Shown here: piece after piece, positions 62,826 to 64,000 of the stretch
Layout: each line of letters begins with the position of its first letter
Numbering within the stretch: position 1 is the stretch's first letter
IMG/VR virus record: IMGVR_UViG_3300047160_005790
Location: 24,285 to 88,284 of that record
Direction: 5' to 3' (one strand)
From: a virus
Lineage: Duplodnaviria; Caudoviricetes
DNA: 64,000 nt
Position numbers and translations under genes: made by a program
Notes under the pieces: generated by a model
The model's input: only the letters and a program-made list of their open reading frames with translations
Database searches by the model: none
Told to the model about the DNA's origin: nothing

Positions 62826-62947
62826 TACCCCCTTTGGCTTGTTTGGCTTGCCTTTCGACCGGCTGGTCTGCGCGGCCCCGTAGCGGCTCGTTTGTTCTGT
62901 CATGTTCTGTAACTTCATGAACTTATCGCCGAGCGGCTACGGGGCCG
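62826..62947 (-). promoter_or_regulatory. Leader variant with an 18-bp inverted repeat
   Basis: 62873-62890 vs 62930-62947 (17/18 complementary) + GACC/GGTC + GAAAG..AAGCCA + AAAGGGGG. Confidence 0.65.
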
Positions 62948-63056
62948 CCCCTTGCGCTGCTTTGCTTGGGGCGACGCCGGATGGCAGCTTGTTACTTGTT
63001 AAGCTGCCTTCAGCCATAGGAGGGGTACCTACGTACCAAACGAAGGGGCGTCGCAT
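62937..63056 (-). CDS. Putative 39-aa leader peptide
   Basis: GAAGCCA...GAGGGAACC SD variant then ATG. Confidence 0.4.
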   Translation of the reverse strand: MRRPFVWYVGTPPMAEGSLTSNKLPSGVAPSKAAQGAAP

Positions 63057-63615
63057 CGTCTTGGTTCCCTCGCTAATTTGGCTTCCGTTGGTACTACGCG
63101 GTTGAATCGCCCAACCTCGGCCGCCTCATGCTAGTTAGCTGTAACGAATTGACGTTGTCCTTTTCGTTTGGTAACGGGGCGACTCGGCATCTCACCTTTT
63201 GCCCAAGTACCGGGCTTGCGTCGTTATAGCCCGGCTGGCTCTCAAACCCTAGGAATTGACCTTTCCGCACCTAATTGATGAAATCTCGCGCGTTCGGCTT
63301 GCTTTGACGACTCGCTTCGGGGTCGATAGGCATCACAAATCGCCGTACCCCTCGCTGTTGGCTCAGCGAGTCGCTTCACTTGCTTGGCGCGCTCGGCGCT
63401 ACCGCTAGGGCGAAGCCTACGATTGAACGGGGCCGGGGATGCGATGAATGTTAACTCGCGCCCGCGCCGGTTGGCCCCCGCCGCCGCCTCGTCGTTACGC
63501 CTTTCAACTAGGCGGTACCGACTCGGCTACGCCGAGTATAGTCGAGGTCAGCACGTTGCGGGGCGGTTGTGTCGGTTGGGCCGAATTGAGAAGTCCGTAA
63601 ATAGCGAACTTTCGT

Positions 63616-63660
63616 AAAACCCCCGCTAATCGGGCTATTCACAAGTGAGGGGGTTTTTTT
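63616..63660 (+). terminator. Terminator-like stem with T7 tail (possibly bidirectional)
   Basis: AAAACCCCC/GGGGGTTTTTTT; the 24-nt loop is atypically large. Confidence 0.4.
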
Positions 63661-64000
63661 CCGGGCCTCTAATGCGGGGGTGGGTGTTTGGTTGTGAGGA
63701 TCTCTCCGCGACCCTCCGGCGCCGAACCCGTGGCATTGCGGGCTCTCTTTGGTTGGTTGGATTCCAGCAGTCCGTTTTCGTAGGCTCTCTTTCGGTTTGA
63801 ACACATGTTTTCCACTCACTTTTTGTGAAAAACCCCTGCTAACAAGAGTTTTGACTTGAAACTCTGTTCAGTCTTGTGAAGACGGTCTGAGTTCGTTTTT
63901 TTGATGGATTTCGCACAAAAATCGACTCAAACTTGTGAAATTCTGAGGTTTCCAAACTTCGAAATTGAGCTGCTGCAGGAGTACTTTCTGAGCTGTTTTT

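Noticed and set aside
38144-62947. Leaders as intrinsic terminators, or as CRISPR-repeat mimics
   Set aside because: No U-tract follows the stems on either strand. The GTCGC..GAAAC resemblance to type I repeats is loose and the copies are too divergent to claim it
38144-62947. Bona fide integron cassette array
   Set aside because: There is no tyrosine recombinase in the window and no RYYYAAC/GTTRRRY boxes; kept only as an analogy
63149-63540. Sigma70-type promoters (TTGACC-17-TGAAAT on +; TATACT at 63535-63540 on -)
   Set aside because: Each lacks a convincing partner hexamer; not supportable without TSS data
1-64000. tRNA, tmRNA or rRNA genes
   Set aside because: GGTTCGA-like hits lie inside CDSs and I found no cloverleaf by eye; tRNAscan/Aragorn not run

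Overview
A 64 kb segment of a high-GC tailed phage genome with a contractile tail (myovirus). The host is probably actinobacterial; Thermoleophilia/Gaiellales is my inference from the style of its Rpf-like and secreted proteins. Layout: (1) 1-17.7 kb, + strand: neck, sheath, tube, frameshifted chaperone, tape measure, baseplate, fibres, holin-like genes. (2) 17.7-37.5 kb, - strand: HU, Rpf-like transglycosylase, intein-containing DnaE, two ThyX paralogues, Nmad1/DUF1599, a Glf-like flavoprotein, primase-MCM fusion, SSB, Sak4, a TAGT-like glycosyltransferase and a PD-(D/E)XK nuclease. (3) 37.6-63.1 kb, - strand: about 50 small early/accessory genes in cassettes, nearly all preceded by a conserved tandem double-hairpin plus AGGAGGGTACC leader (about 33 copies counted by eye). 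(4) 63.1-64 kb: mostly non-coding, A/T-richer end. I saw no capsid, terminase, integrase, tRNA or CRISPR array. The best novelty candidates are the multi-copy structured RNA leader (with a near-perfect antisense copy of its SD block at the operon head), an HNH intein whose +1 residue is Asn, and a putative furanose-type DNA hypermodification pathway. All family calls come from motif recognition by eye, with no HMM or BLAST run.
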